64,000 nucleotides of DNA, from the NCBI GenBank assembly GCA_046989265.1, contig JBKWUD010000004.1, positions 780-64,779 on the forward strand, in the 5' to 3' direction. The notes under the pieces were generated by a model. The model saw only the letters and a list, made by a program, of their open reading frames with translations, made no database searches and was not told the DNA's origin. Positions within the stretch are counted from its first letter, which is position 1. Each line of letters starts with the position of its first letter. Made by a program: the position numbers and the translations under genes. This document shows, in pieces, positions 39,500-50,223 of this stretch. Source of the stretch: Eubacterium sp. Its GTDB lineage: Bacteria > Bacillota > Clostridia > Oscillospirales > Acutalibacteraceae.

Positions 39500-40884
39500 A
39501 TCGAAAACTTAACCTTTATTGATTTTTTCAGCGGTGTTGGAGGTTTTCGCAAAGGCTTGGAACTGTGCGGAATGACCTGCAAAGGTCACTGTGAAATCGA
39601 CAAGTATGCAGACAAAAGTTATCGTGCAATATTTGATATTAAGGAGGATGAATGGTATGCAGAGGACATCACAAAAGTTACAGGAGAAGAACTCCCAAGA
39701 GTTAATATCTGGACAGCCGGATTTCCATGTCAGGACATTTCTGTCAGTGGCAAACAGCGAGGGCTTGCAGGAGAGAGAAGCTCTCTCTTTTTTGAAATCA
39801 TTAGACTGCTCAAAAGCAAAAATGCCGAAGATAGACCCGAATGGATTATCTTTGAAAATGTTAAAAATCTGTTCTCGATTAATAAAGGATGGGACTTTGC
39901 GACCATTCTAAATTCGCTGGCCCAAGTCGGCTATAATATCGAATACGGACTGCTTAATTCAAAATTCCACTGCGTACCGCAAAACAGAGAACGAGTGTAT
40001 ATTGTCGCTTATCGACATTTTAGAGCCGACAGCAGACGAAAAATATTTCCTGTCAGAGCATCAGATGCAAAGGCTCTTATACAGCTAATCGGCGGCAGAC
40101 AGGGTGACAGAGTATATGACTCAAGAGGTATTAGTTGCACTTTGACCGCTAACGGCGGAGGGTTTGCAGGCAGAACAGGAATGTACTTTATTGATCTCTG
40201 TAAAGGCAAGCCTACATTGACAGAAAATGCCCGTTGTATCAAGGCAAGATATGACAACGGAATATCAAATTTTTCAGCGGATAAGTCAGGTGTATTGTGC
40301 TTATCCGCTGATTGTTCTGAAAGAACAAATGAGATATTACCTGTCAAATTTCAAAGAGGAAATCCTAAAATCAATGAAAAAGGTATAAGCAATTGCATAT
40401 CGGCAGGTTACAGCAAGAGCGGTGTAAACAACAGAGGTGAAGCTACAGGGGTATTCTATGGCTGTCGTGCTGTTTTAACTCCCGACAGAGAGAAAAAACG
40501 GCAGAACGGCAGACGATTTAAAGAGTGCGGAGAGCCTGCTTTTGCCTTACTGCACAGGATAAACACGGTGTATTTTTATGTGCCTGTACGGATTGTGAAC
40601 ACGCAATGCCGATTAAAAATGCAACAAGGAAAGGATGTTCTCAGACACTTGATACTTCCTGCAATCAGGGTGTTGCCTTATCAAGCTGTGGCAGAATACG
40701 AAAACTTACACCGAGAGAATGTTTCAGATTGCAAGGGTTTTCAGACGAAATGTTTGATAGAGTCGCTGCTGTAAACTCTGACAGTCAGTTATATAAGCAA
40801 GCAGGAAATGGTGTAACTATCCCTGTTGTCTATGCTATCGGAATGAGGATTGCTGAAATACAAAATGAACTTAATATTGAATAA
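39500..40884 (+). pseudogene. dcm: C5-cytosine DNA methyltransferase with a 1-nt frameshift near 40540
   Basis: FIDFFSGVGG, GFPCQD, ENV and PQNRER are in one frame; RKLTPRECFRLQGF and YKQAGNGV are in another. One extra T in the T4 run at 40540-40543 would fuse them. Confidence 0.8.
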
Positions 40885-40954
40885 ATTTCAAATAAAAGTC
40901 GATTGATTACCTGTAGATTTTTAATCGGCTTTTTGTCTTAAGGGAGATGAAATT

Positions 40955-41956
40955 ATACCATATTATTCTAAAGAAACCATTGCAGAAGTTAAGAAAATGG
41001 ACTTACTGACTTATCTTGAAAATTATGAGCCGTATGAGCTTGTAAAGCTGTCTGATGGCATATATACCACAAAGGAACACGATAGCTTGAAGATTTCAAA
41101 CGGCTTATGGTTTTGGTGGAGCAGAGGTTTTGGCGGCAAGTCTGCTCTCAAATATCTAACAGAGGTCAGGGGTATGTCTTTCATTGAGGCAGTTGACAGA
41201 ATTGCAAGTAAAACAGCAATACAGCCTGCAATTCCTGCAAAAATTGAGACGAAAAACAAGCCTAAAAAACTTATTTTGCCTGATGTATATAGGTATGCCA
41301 CCAATGTTGCAAACTATCTTACACAGATACGAGGAATTGACAGAGAGATAGTAGATTATTGTATTCAAAAAGGTTTTATATACGAAAGTAAAAGGTATCA
41401 TAGTGCTATTTTCGTCGGCTATGATAGCAATAATGTTGCGAAATATGCAGCCTTTCGTGCGTGTGATAACAGCAGAGTGATGGGAGATTGTTCAGGCAGT
41501 TCAAAGGAATATTCTTTTCGGCTGATTGGCAGTAAAAGTAATGATACAGTACACCTTTTTGAAAGTGCGATTGATGTTTTGTCTTACGCAACTTTGCTCA
41601 AAATGGTAGATGGTGATTGGCAAAAATACAACCTGATTTCTCTTTCAGGTGTATATATGCCTAAAGACAAAATTGAGGATAGCAAAGTGCCTATTGCCCT
41701 TGCAAAATACTTTGACGAACACCCAAACACAAAGCAAATATATCTGCATTTGGATAATGATATTGCAGGCAGGCTTATGACAAAAGCACTTCAAACAATA
41801 TTGCCAAATGATATAAAAGTCATTGATAATCCTACCCCATTCGGTAAAGATGTCAATGACTTTTTGCTTATGCAACAGGGCGTTATCCCCAAACAAAAAT
41901 ATGATAGGAGGTTAGATAAAAATGCAAAAAAAGCAAGCCTATGTGCTGCTCGTTGA
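40955..41956 (+). CDS. DUF3991/Toprim primase-like protein
   Basis: EHDSLKIS, RGID, FESAIDVLS, LDNDIAGR, GKDVND. The frame extends upstream to ATA 40955 after an RBS. Confidence 0.85.
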   Translation: MPYYSKETIAEVKKMDLLTYLENYEPYELVKLSDGIYTTKEHDSLKISNGLWFWWSRGFGGKSALKYLTEVRGMSFIEAVDRIASKTAIQPAIPAKIETKNKPKKLILPDVYRYATNVANYLTQIRGIDREIVDYCIQKGFIYESKRYHSAIFVGYDSNNVAKYAAFRACDNSRVMGDCSGSSKEYSFRLIGSKSNDTVHLFESAIDVLSYATLLKMVDGDWQKYNLISLSGVYMPKDKIEDSKVPIALAKYFDEHPNTKQIYLHLDNDIAGRLMTKALQTILPNDIKVIDNPTPFGKDVNDFLLMQQGVIPKQKYDRRLDKNAKKASLCAAR

Positions 41957-42647
41957 GCCTAAAATGAAACCGAAAATTATTCAAATTGAGGATAGTGAGC
42001 AGGCTGTAAAAGAAGTTGTTGGAGGAGATATTGACAGGATAAAAATACCCTCTGATGATGTTACAATTCTCTTTCAGAAGGATGCAGTTAAGAATGGAAA
42101 AATGCTTAATCGTGTTGCTGAAATCTATGAGGAAAAGGAAACAGAAATGTCTTATTCTGACTTAACATCTATGTTCAGAAAGGCTGAAAACGAGGGCAGA
42201 CACATAACAGGATACATCACCTTTACAGAGGACAGCTTTGATAAAATATATTCTTTGGATTCAAGAACTTATGAAGTCAGCAGTTGTAACAAAGCTTTTA
42301 TCTCAGGTATGGGTGGTTACTCAATATACGGCTCATCATTGGATAAATCTGATATGAATGTACGCCTTGAAAGGTATATGCGAGATGAACATGGCGGGGC
42401 GGATGGATGGCATGTTGAACGCTGTTATATCAAAGAAAATGTGCCGCTTATCAATCATATTATAGCCGATAATTTCATTGTAGCCTATACTCCACACAGT
42501 GAAAATCATATCTCCGATATTACTCAGGAACTTGTTGATAAATATTTCAAACAGTTTGAAAAACCTGATAAATTCTATCGAACAACGGAAGGTAACATTG
42601 CAGTTGTTAATAAAAACAGCAAGTCGAAAGATAATTTTGAACGATGA
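41922..42647 (+). CDS. DUF3846-like protein with an inserted domain
   Basis: VLLVEP..P, VVGG.I, LNR; AGGAGG RBS. Confidence 0.6.
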   Translation: MQKKQAYVLLVEPKMKPKIIQIEDSEQAVKEVVGGDIDRIKIPSDDVTILFQKDAVKNGKMLNRVAEIYEEKETEMSYSDLTSMFRKAENEGRHITGYITFTEDSFDKIYSLDSRTYEVSSCNKAFISGMGGYSIYGSSLDKSDMNVRLERYMRDEHGGADGWHVERCYIKENVPLINHIIADNFIVAYTPHSENHISDITQELVDKYFKQFEKPDKFYRTTEGNIAVVNKNSKSKDNFER

Positions 42648-42659
42648 TTTTATCAAGGA

Positions 42660-42785
42660 AGATTAATTTTCGGACAGTAAAATCGACAGATTTATGTCGG
42701 GTTGCGTTGTCTTAACCAGCAGACCGTTTGTAATTACATTCGCAATTCCAAACAGTAAAGCTGTTTAGGGAAACCCTAAAACCCT
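42660..42785. other. Candidate oriT region
   Basis: Non-coding segment with short inverted repeats (cgaca/tgtcg; tttaggg-aaa-ccctaaa) upstream of the mob genes. No nic site was identified. Confidence 0.3.
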
Positions 42786-42795
42786 GATAAATCCA

Positions 42796-42824
42796 TTGAC
42801 AAGAGGTCGGAACACCGATATAAT
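42796..42824 (+). promoter_or_regulatory. Consensus SigA promoter of the TA operon, with a small palindrome in the spacer
   Basis: TTGACA-17-TATAAT; tcgg-aaca-ccga in the spacer. Confidence 0.85.
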
Positions 42825-42845
42825 GATATTAGCGAGGTGCGAAAT

Positions 42846-43301
42846 ATGGATTTACAATCTATGATTGAAAGTAAAAATATGTCAAAGTACCATTTATCAA
42901 AAATCAGTGGTATACCTAAAACAACTGTTATAGATATTTGTTCGGGAAAAAGCTCTATTGAAAACTGCAATGCAAAAACTGTTTTGAAAATTGCAAGAGC
43001 TTTGGACTGCACTATGGAGGAAATTATGATGCTTGACAGTCCTAGTGCTTATAGTAAAGAAACAGGATTGCCGAATGATAAAAAATATTTTGAATGCGGT
43101 TTGCCAAAATATTTGCAAATCTCACTTGACAATATGAAAAACTCTTGGAAAATTGTTGACAGCGGTGAAGATGACTTGCATTGGGATTTGTATTGGTGTG
43201 AGCTTAATGCCGATATTAATTCAGCTGAAGTTGATAAAACAATATCTGCTGAACAGGCTTGGTATCTGCGTGAAAAATATTTAAGAATGGAAAGGAATTG
43301 A
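42846..43301 (+). CDS. XRE-HTH protein, probable antitoxin
   Basis: SKYHLSKISGIPKTTVIDI HTH; directly upstream of the HipA-like kinase. Confidence 0.75.
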   Translation: MDLQSMIESKNMSKYHLSKISGIPKTTVIDICSGKSSIENCNAKTVLKIARALDCTMEEIMMLDSPSAYSKETGLPNDKKYFECGLPKYLQISLDNMKNSWKIVDSGEDDLHWDLYWCELNADINSAEVDKTISAEQAWYLREKYLRMERN

Positions 43302-43305
43302 CAGC

Positions 43306-44211
43306 GTGATTGATTTTACAAATTTGCCTACAAGAAACAAGACATACGCAGGAGCAAACGGAAGTAAAATATCCGTAATATATAACGGCGAACAATATAT
43401 GCTGAAGTTTCCGTCATTTGCACCTAAAAACAAATCACTCAGTTATGCTAATGGCTGCATTTCAGAATATATAGGTTGTCATATTTTTGAAAGTATAGGA
43501 ATAGATGTTCAAAAAACTTTGCTTGGGACATATAAAAAAAACGAAAAAGAAAAAATTGTAGTTGCCTGTAAGGACTTTACTAAATCAGGCATTGTGCTGC
43601 AAGATTTTGCTTCTTTAAAAAATACCATCATTGATTCAGAGCATAATGGTTATGGAACTGAACTTGATGATATTATGAAAGCCATAGAAGAACAGCAAGC
43701 GGTTAATCCAATATTGTTGAAGGATTGGTTTTGGAATATATTTATTGTTGATGCTTTAATTGGAAATTGGGATAGGCACAATGGCAACTGGGGATTTTTA
43801 TATAATGTCGATACAGATGAAATGTCTATTGCTCCGGTGTTTGACTGTGGCAGCTGCCTGTATCCTCAGGCTGATGAAGAGATAATGAAAGCAACTTTGG
43901 AGAATAAGGCAGAACAGGATTTGCGTATTTTTTCGATACCATTATCAGGTATTAAAATTGATAACAATAAAATAAATTATTTTGACTTTATTTCTTCATT
44001 GCAAAACAAAGATTGCAATAGAGCATTAAAAAGAATTTTGCCACGAATCAATATGATTGATATAAATCGCATTATTGACGAAACTCCGTATATAACCGAT
44101 TTGCAAAAGAGTTTTTATAAAACAATGCTTTCACAGCGAAAAGAAAAAATACTTGATTTTTCGTTTAATAAATTACGCAAACTTGAAAAGAACAAGGAAC
44201 AAACAAGATAA
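43306..44211 (+). CDS. HipA/CtkA-like kinase toxin
   Basis: GANGSK, YMLKFP, SEY, DALIGNWDRHNGNWG, APVFDCGS. Confidence 0.82.
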   Translation: MIDFTNLPTRNKTYAGANGSKISVIYNGEQYMLKFPSFAPKNKSLSYANGCISEYIGCHIFESIGIDVQKTLLGTYKKNEKEKIVVACKDFTKSGIVLQDFASLKNTIIDSEHNGYGTELDDIMKAIEEQQAVNPILLKDWFWNIFIVDALIGNWDRHNGNWGFLYNVDTDEMSIAPVFDCGSCLYPQADEEIMKATLENKAEQDLRIFSIPLSGIKIDNNKINYFDFISSLQNKDCNRALKRILPRINMIDINRIIDETPYITDLQKSFYKTMLSQRKEKILDFSFNKLRKLEKNKEQTR

Positions 44212-44289
44212 AATAAATAATTGTTTTAAGCACTTATCGAAATGATAGGTGCTTATTTTTTACCCAAAAGCAAGAAAGGAAAACACAAA

Positions 44290-44445
44290 ATGAAAATATT
44301 AATTTTCTTAATCGGATTTATTGTAGGTGGAACGGCAGGAATTGTCTGTATGTGTATGGTGCAGATAAACCGTGATACTGAAAATGAATTGAGAAAGGCA
44401 GAAATAGGAAATGAAAAGAAACATAATCAGACAGTTCAGATTTAA
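44290..44445 (+). CDS. Small membrane peptide (DUF3789-like)
   Basis: FLIGFIVGGTAGIVCMCMVQ; GAAAGGA RBS. Confidence 0.6.
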   Translation: MKILIFLIGFIVGGTAGIVCMCMVQINRDTENELRKAEIGNEKKHNQTVQI

Positions 44446-44749
44446 CACTCACGAAAATGAAATCTTAAAGCAAAAGGCACAGCTCTGCTGCCTGACTGAT
44501 TCTGCACTCGTTCGTATGCTAATTCTCGGCTTTCAGCCAAAGCCGAAACCTGAAAAAGAATTTTACAATGCTTTAAGAAATTTATCATCAATTGGCAACA
44601 GTATAAATCAGATAGCAGCGAAAGCAAATTCACTCGGATTTGTTGATGTTCCAAGACTAAACAAAGAACTTAAAAGTTTAGAAAAGCTCAAAGATGATTT
44701 ATACGATAAATATATCAAGCCTGATAAGGATAAAGATAAATGGCAGTAA
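44411..44749 (+). CDS. mobC: MobC relaxosome accessory protein
   Basis: RHH-like N-terminus and IGNSINQIAAKAN; overlaps the relaxase start. Confidence 0.85.
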   Translation: MKRNIIRQFRFNTHENEILKQKAQLCCLTDSALVRMLILGFQPKPKPEKEFYNALRNLSSIGNSINQIAAKANSLGFVDVPRLNKELKSLEKLKDDLYDKYIKPDKDKDKWQ

Positions 44750-46146
44750 CAAGGCTTTGGAAAGTTACGGACAGGCTTGACCATGTTATTGATTACGCCG
44801 AAGATGAAACAAAAACACGCAAGCCGAAATATTCCGAAAAAGAATGGCAGTCACTAAAAGATGTTTTGGAATATGCAAAAGATGAAGAAAAGACCGAACA
44901 GCAGTTTTATGTATCAGGAATAAACTGCAATCCTGAAAATGCCCGTGACCAATTTGTTATGGTAAAAGAGCAATATAACAAAACAGGAGGTATTCAGGCA
45001 TATCACGGATATATAAGTTTTAATATAACTGATAATATTACGCCTGACCTTGCCCACCAAATCGGATTGGAATTTGCAAACAAAGTTTGGGGTGAGAGAT
45101 TTCAGGTTGTTGTTACTACTCATCTTAACACAAGATGTCTGCATTGCCATTATGTCATTAACTCTGTATCCCTTACAGACGGCAAGATGCTCCACGGGAG
45201 AGAAAAGGCTTGGTTTTATTTCAGGCACATTGCAGATGAAATTTGTATCGAACACGGATTATCAGTTATTGAAAATCCTGATAGAAATAAAGAGCCTGAT
45301 TATGTAACCTTGCAGGATAAAAAGCAGACTATGAAAGAACAGGCAGGAATACCTACAAGAAAAAATCTTGTCCGTGCTGCCGTTGATGAGGCTATTGAAA
45401 ACAGCAGAACAATGGCAGAGTTCAAAAGGTATCTATCAGCAATGGGATACAGATATCGAATAAGCGAAAATTTGAAATATTGGTCTGTTACTGCTGACGG
45501 GTGGAAACAACCTGTCAGGTTATATAGACTTGGCGAAAACTATACCAATGTGCGTATTCAAGAACGCATTAAGGAAAACGATTTGTATATGAGTATGAAT
45601 ATGAAAAATTTTCAGCCTGCCTACTATGTACCGAATGAGAAATATGATCCTCGCAAGGTCAAAGGCGGTTTGTATAATTTGTATTTGTACTATTGCTATC
45701 GGCTCGGATATTTTAATAAGCCGAATGAAAAGCAGAATATCCGAGATTACAATAGACTTCATCATCTGTTAAGAGAAGATTTGATGAAAGTCGATAAATA
45801 TTCACAGGAGGCAGAGTTGCTCGGTAAGAATCACATTGATACTTCCGAGCAGCTTTTCTCATATAAAGAGTCTTTGCAAAAGGAACTTGAAACCTTAACC
45901 GATGACCGTAAACATCTGAGAAATAAAGAGAGAAGAAAAATTAATGAGGTTGAGTTGGCAGAGGTTAAGTCCGAGATTTCGGAGATTAGTCAAAGACTTA
46001 AAGAACTCCGTAAGGAGATTTCTCTTTGTGATGATATTGCTACACATTCCCACACTTTAGAAAACAATGTCGAGCAAATTATTGCAGATGAAGAAAAGCA
46101 AAAAAACAAATATAAAGCAAAGGAGGAAAAAGACCGATATGTATAA
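44740..46146 (+). CDS. Relaxase (MOB-P type)
   Basis: DY...KT, AYHGYISF, and the HUH motif THLNTRCLHCHYVINSVS..DG. Confidence 0.92.
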   Translation: MAVTRLWKVTDRLDHVIDYAEDETKTRKPKYSEKEWQSLKDVLEYAKDEEKTEQQFYVSGINCNPENARDQFVMVKEQYNKTGGIQAYHGYISFNITDNITPDLAHQIGLEFANKVWGERFQVVVTTHLNTRCLHCHYVINSVSLTDGKMLHGREKAWFYFRHIADEICIEHGLSVIENPDRNKEPDYVTLQDKKQTMKEQAGIPTRKNLVRAAVDEAIENSRTMAEFKRYLSAMGYRYRISENLKYWSVTADGWKQPVRLYRLGENYTNVRIQERIKENDLYMSMNMKNFQPAYYVPNEKYDPRKVKGGLYNLYLYYCYRLGYFNKPNEKQNIRDYNRLHHLLREDLMKVDKYSQEAELLGKNHIDTSEQLFSYKESLQKELETLTDDRKHLRNKERRKINEVELAEVKSEISEISQRLKELRKEISLCDDIATHSHTLENNVEQIIADEEKQKNKYKAKEEKDRYV

Positions 46147-46948
46147 TGGTGGCGATGCAGCCGAACAAATTGTAAGGTTATCACTTGAAGGCTTTGAAGT
46201 TGCCGCAAAAGTTACAGGCGAGGCTGCAAAAAATATTGCAATGCTTTTGATTTCAGTATTGAAACAGGAACAGAAAACAAAAGGCAAGGCAAGGCTTACC
46301 AATATGATTAAATCAGGTAAGGAACTTAAAGTCTTTTCTGTCGAGCAAAAAGATTTGCCTAAATTTAAGGAACAGGCTAAAAAGTACGGTGTCCTCTATA
46401 CTGTTTTGCGTGAAAAAGGCAATAAGGATAAACACGCAGTTATTGATATTATTGCAAGAGCAGAAGACGCATCCAAAATTCAGCGTATTCAGGATAGATT
46501 TGAACTTGCTTGTGTTGACAGAGGTAAAATTGTCAATGCCGCCGAAAAGGATATTGCAGACCGAAAGGAAAAATCAAAACCTGAAAGCAATGGAGAAATT
46601 GAAAAATCGGAAGATGACGATTTCTTTAATGATGTATTTTCCGATGATGAGCCTGATACTGACAAGGCAGAAAAAGAGCCTGCTCAAAATGCAGAAACAG
46701 AGGTAGAAGAAATCGAAAACCCTTTTACCGAGAGGACAGAAAACCCTCTGTCCGAGCAAAGCTCAATCGACAAAACACAATTATCTGATAAGGGTACTGC
46801 TGACAAAAACAAAAAGGATTCTGTTAAATTGAAATTAAACAATTTCAAAAAGGCAGCCGAAAAGCAGAAATCAGATAAATCAAAAATTCTTGATGTTGGA
46901 AAATCAGAACATCAAATACCAAAAATTAAAAAACCAAAGGAGAGATAG
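46139..46948 (+). CDS. PcfB/DUF3801-family protein
   Basis: GGDAAEQIVR.SLEG.EVAAK, KTKGKARL, AKKYGVLY. Confidence 0.75.
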   Translation: MYNGGDAAEQIVRLSLEGFEVAAKVTGEAAKNIAMLLISVLKQEQKTKGKARLTNMIKSGKELKVFSVEQKDLPKFKEQAKKYGVLYTVLREKGNKDKHAVIDIIARAEDASKIQRIQDRFELACVDRGKIVNAAEKDIADRKEKSKPESNGEIEKSEDDDFFNDVFSDDEPDTDKAEKEPAQNAETEVEEIENPFTERTENPLSEQSSIDKTQLSDKGTADKNKKDSVKLKLNNFKKAAEKQKSDKSKILDVGKSEHQIPKIKKPKER

Positions 46949-46950
46949 TT

Positions 46951-47826
46951 ATGGCTTATAAGTCAAAACAGAGAAATTTCAAAAAGAGAGAAACAAAAGC
47001 AGAATATGCTGCACGCAAAAAAGCAGAGAAAGAGGCTGCTTATGAAACCATTGACAACAGTATCAGTGAGATGATGATAGATGATGAGAGCTTTGTAAAC
47101 TATCTGAATTTTCAGTCGCATATGGAAATGTATTCAGCATCTAATGCTATTCTTATTATGTCACGCTGTCCTGATGCAAAACAGCTTAAACCAAAAGGGG
47201 TATGGAAAGAACTCGGTGTTGATGTTCAGGTCGGTGAAGATGAAGCAATCCATATTCTCAAACCGTCTGATTATATTGACAATGAGGGTAATCAGAGAAC
47301 ATCATACAATGTTGATTATATCTATGATATTTCACAGACCAATGCAGAACCGCAGCCATCACAGAAAACTGAATTAAATCCGAGGGGGCTTGCAATGGCT
47401 TTGATGAAATCATCACCTGTTGAAAAAGCTGCTGTTGATGAATTGCCGATTGACAACTCCACAGCCTTTTTTGACTATGACAACAATAAACTTTTAGTCA
47501 AGAAAAATTCTGACAGTATTTCTCTGTTCAAGGATATTTCAAGAGAACTCGCACTTGCTGAAATTGCCAACGGCTGTGACGAGTACAACAGAGAGGAATG
47601 TTTGCCCTCTGCCGTATGTTCAGCATATATGCTCTGTCAGAAATACGGCATTGATAATTCTGATATGAATGTCACCAATGTCACAAAGAAATGGTCAGGA
47701 CTTGAGAATAAAGATGTTCGTACAAATCTTGCTATGGCAAATGACGGACTTTATGCTGTCAGTAAAAATCTTTATGTGCAGATGCAAAAGGATAAGGAAA
47801 AGGCAAACAAAGAGCCTGCAAGATAA
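46951..47826 (+). CDS. ArdC-N-like ssDNA-binding / antirestriction protein
   Basis: YL.......YS.SN..LI....PDA, W..LG, YDISQT. Confidence 0.6.
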   Translation: MAYKSKQRNFKKRETKAEYAARKKAEKEAAYETIDNSISEMMIDDESFVNYLNFQSHMEMYSASNAILIMSRCPDAKQLKPKGVWKELGVDVQVGEDEAIHILKPSDYIDNEGNQRTSYNVDYIYDISQTNAEPQPSQKTELNPRGLAMALMKSSPVEKAAVDELPIDNSTAFFDYDNNKLLVKKNSDSISLFKDISRELALAEIANGCDEYNREECLPSAVCSAYMLCQKYGIDNSDMNVTNVTKKWSGLENKDVRTNLAMANDGLYAVSKNLYVQMQKDKEKANKEPAR

Positions 47827-47841
47827 TACGGAGGTTTTCTA

Positions 47842-48039
47842 ATGAAAGAAGAACGCTTTTATCTTTCTGTTGACGAATATGAGCAAGGCGTATTACTTCG
47901 TGTCTTGAATGACAAAAGGACTGATTTGATTAAGCAGAGGAAATCTACTGATGCAGTTGATGAGCTTATTGTAAAGGTCGGCAATGCTCCCACAAAGAAA
48001 TTCAAGGTGCTTGAAAGGAGCTGTGCCGATGCAAGATAG
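47842..48039 (+). CDS. Small ICE protein upstream of virD4
   Basis: GGAGG RBS; overlaps the virD4 start. Confidence 0.65.
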   Translation: MKEERFYLSVDEYEQGVLLRVLNDKRTDLIKQRKSTDAVDELIVKVGNAPTKKFKVLERSCADAR

Positions 48040-49837
48040 GAATAATAAACAGGCAATTATTATCTTATCTCTGCTTGGCATTATTCCTGTAATATGGATT
48101 GGCTTATATATTGCTCCGTCGGTAAATGGAGGACTTGTTGAAATAGTCCCTGCACTTGCAAGGTGGACAGATAAACCTTTTGATATAAAGTTATGTGAGG
48201 ACAGCTTAAAAACTGTCCTCATTTTGCTTTTAATCTATGGGATTGCTGTCGGTGCAGCTATTTCAAGTATGAGAAATTACAGACGGGGCGAAGAAAACGG
48301 CTCGGCTAAATGGGGCAACAAATTTAAGATAAATAAGAAATACCACCAAAAGCCTGAGAACAATAACAAGATTATGACACAGAATGTCAGCATCGGTCTG
48401 AACGCTAAAAAGCATAGACGAAATCTTAATACTTTAGTCACAGGTGGTAGTGGCGCAGGTAAAACATTTTTCTATGCAAAGCCTAATTTGATGCAATGTA
48501 ACTGCTCGTTTGTTGTGCTTGATCCTAAAGGAGAGATTTTGCGTAATTGCGGCTCAATGCTCAAAGACGAAGGATACAGAGTCAGAGTATTAGATTTAGT
48601 TGATATGGAGCATAGTGATTGCTACAACCCATTTGTATATATTCAGAACGATAACGATATACAAAGGCTTGTTACAAATCTTTTCAAGAGTACAACTCCA
48701 AAGGATTCTACTAACAACGATCCGTTTTGGGACAATGCGGCACAAATGCTTTTACTTGCACTCATATTTTATCTTTATTATGAAGCTCCTGAAGAAGAAC
48801 AGAACTTTGCAATGGTTATGGAAATGATTAGAGCAGGTGCGATTGATGACGAGGAGGAAATGTCATACAGTCCACTTGATATGCTTTTCTATGAACTTGA
48901 ACGCAAAAATCCCGAACACATTGCAGTAAAGTATTATCATTCGTATCGTTCAGGCTCGGCAAAAACCTTGAAATCAATTCAAATCACGCTTATATCAAGG
49001 CTTGAGAAATTCAATCTTGAAAGTCTTGCGTCACTCACGCAGACTGATGAACTTGAATTGACAAGGCTCGGAGAAGAAAAGACGGTTATATTTGCTGTAA
49101 TTCCTGATAACGATACAAGTTTTAACTTTCTTATATCGATACTCTACACGCAATTATTTCAGCAGTTATTCTACTCAGCCGACCATATTCACAAAGGCTC
49201 ACTCCCTGTGCCTGTTCATTTCCTTATGGATGAGTTTGCGAATGTATCGTTACCTGACGATTTCGATAAGATTCTTGCAGTAATGAGGTCAAGGGGTGTA
49301 TCCGTATCAATCATCATACAAAATATGGCACAGCTCAAAGCATTGTTTGAAAAGCAATGGGAAAGCATTGTCGGTAACTGTGATGAATTTCTTTATCTTG
49401 GCGGCAACGAACAGAGTACACACAAATATGTGTCCGAATTGCTTGGTAAAGAAACAATCGACACAAACACCTACGGCAAAAGCAGAGGTCGAAACGGCAG
49501 TTATTCTACCAATTACCAAAATGCAGGCAGAGAGCTTATGACACCTGATGAGGTGCGTATACTTGATAATCAATATGCGATTTTGTTCATTCGTGGCGAA
49601 AGACCGATTTTAGATTTTAAGTATGATATATTCAAACACCCTAAATTCAGTCTTACCGAAGACGGAGGAGCAAATCCCTATATTCACAATGAAGTCAACA
49701 GAGATGTTGCAGATATTGAAATACTCAATATTTCACTTAAGGATATTGAAAAAATTGATGTTCCTGATTATAACTATGAGTTGATAACAGAAACAGAACT
49801 TGAAAAAGAATTAGAAAAGGAGACAAATTTAAAATGA
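48029..49837 (+). CDS. virD4: VirD4/TraG coupling protein
   Basis: GSAKWG, GGSGAGKT, DPKGE, DPFWD, LMDEFAN, RELMTPDEV. Confidence 0.95.
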   Translation: MQDRNNKQAIIILSLLGIIPVIWIGLYIAPSVNGGLVEIVPALARWTDKPFDIKLCEDSLKTVLILLLIYGIAVGAAISSMRNYRRGEENGSAKWGNKFKINKKYHQKPENNNKIMTQNVSIGLNAKKHRRNLNTLVTGGSGAGKTFFYAKPNLMQCNCSFVVLDPKGEILRNCGSMLKDEGYRVRVLDLVDMEHSDCYNPFVYIQNDNDIQRLVTNLFKSTTPKDSTNNDPFWDNAAQMLLLALIFYLYYEAPEEEQNFAMVMEMIRAGAIDDEEEMSYSPLDMLFYELERKNPEHIAVKYYHSYRSGSAKTLKSIQITLISRLEKFNLESLASLTQTDELELTRLGEEKTVIFAVIPDNDTSFNFLISILYTQLFQQLFYSADHIHKGSLPVPVHFLMDEFANVSLPDDFDKILAVMRSRGVSVSIIIQNMAQLKALFEKQWESIVGNCDEFLYLGGNEQSTHKYVSELLGKETIDTNTYGKSRGRNGSYSTNYQNAGRELMTPDEVRILDNQYAILFIRGERPILDFKYDIFKHPKFSLTEDGGANPYIHNEVNRDVADIEILNISLKDIEKIDVPDYNYELITETELEKELEKETNLK

Positions 49838-50175
49838 CAAAACTGAATAAAAAGAAATCCCATTTAAAAAACAGAAGGGGTAAAAAATTAAGCAGAATAC
49901 TTGCTGTATGTTTAACAGTACTATTCTGCGTTTATTTTGCAATGACAGCTTACGCTGCAAACGGTGATCCTCTTGCAGTAATCAATAATCTTTCAATCTT
50001 AATTTTCGGAATTATTCGTGCCGTAGGTATGATAATTCTCGGTTGGGGTGTAGTGCAGATTGGTTTATCTTTCCAAGCTCACGATCCGTCACAGAGAGCT
50101 AACGGCTTTCTGACTTTGGCGGGTGGTGTAGTCATTACCTTTGCAAAAGAAATACTTGATTTGATTATAGGTTAA
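49834..50175 (+). CDS. VirB2/Maff2-like pilin membrane protein
   Basis: Signal peptide plus two TM helices, HDPSQRANG; directly after virD4. Confidence 0.75.
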   Translation: MTKLNKKKSHLKNRRGKKLSRILAVCLTVLFCVYFAMTAYAANGDPLAVINNLSILIFGIIRAVGMIILGWGVVQIGLSFQAHDPSQRANGFLTLAGGVVITFAKEILDLIIG

Positions 50176-50223
50176 GTTAAACTGGCGGACTGAAAAGTCC
50201 GCCGCAATTTATAATTATTTTAA

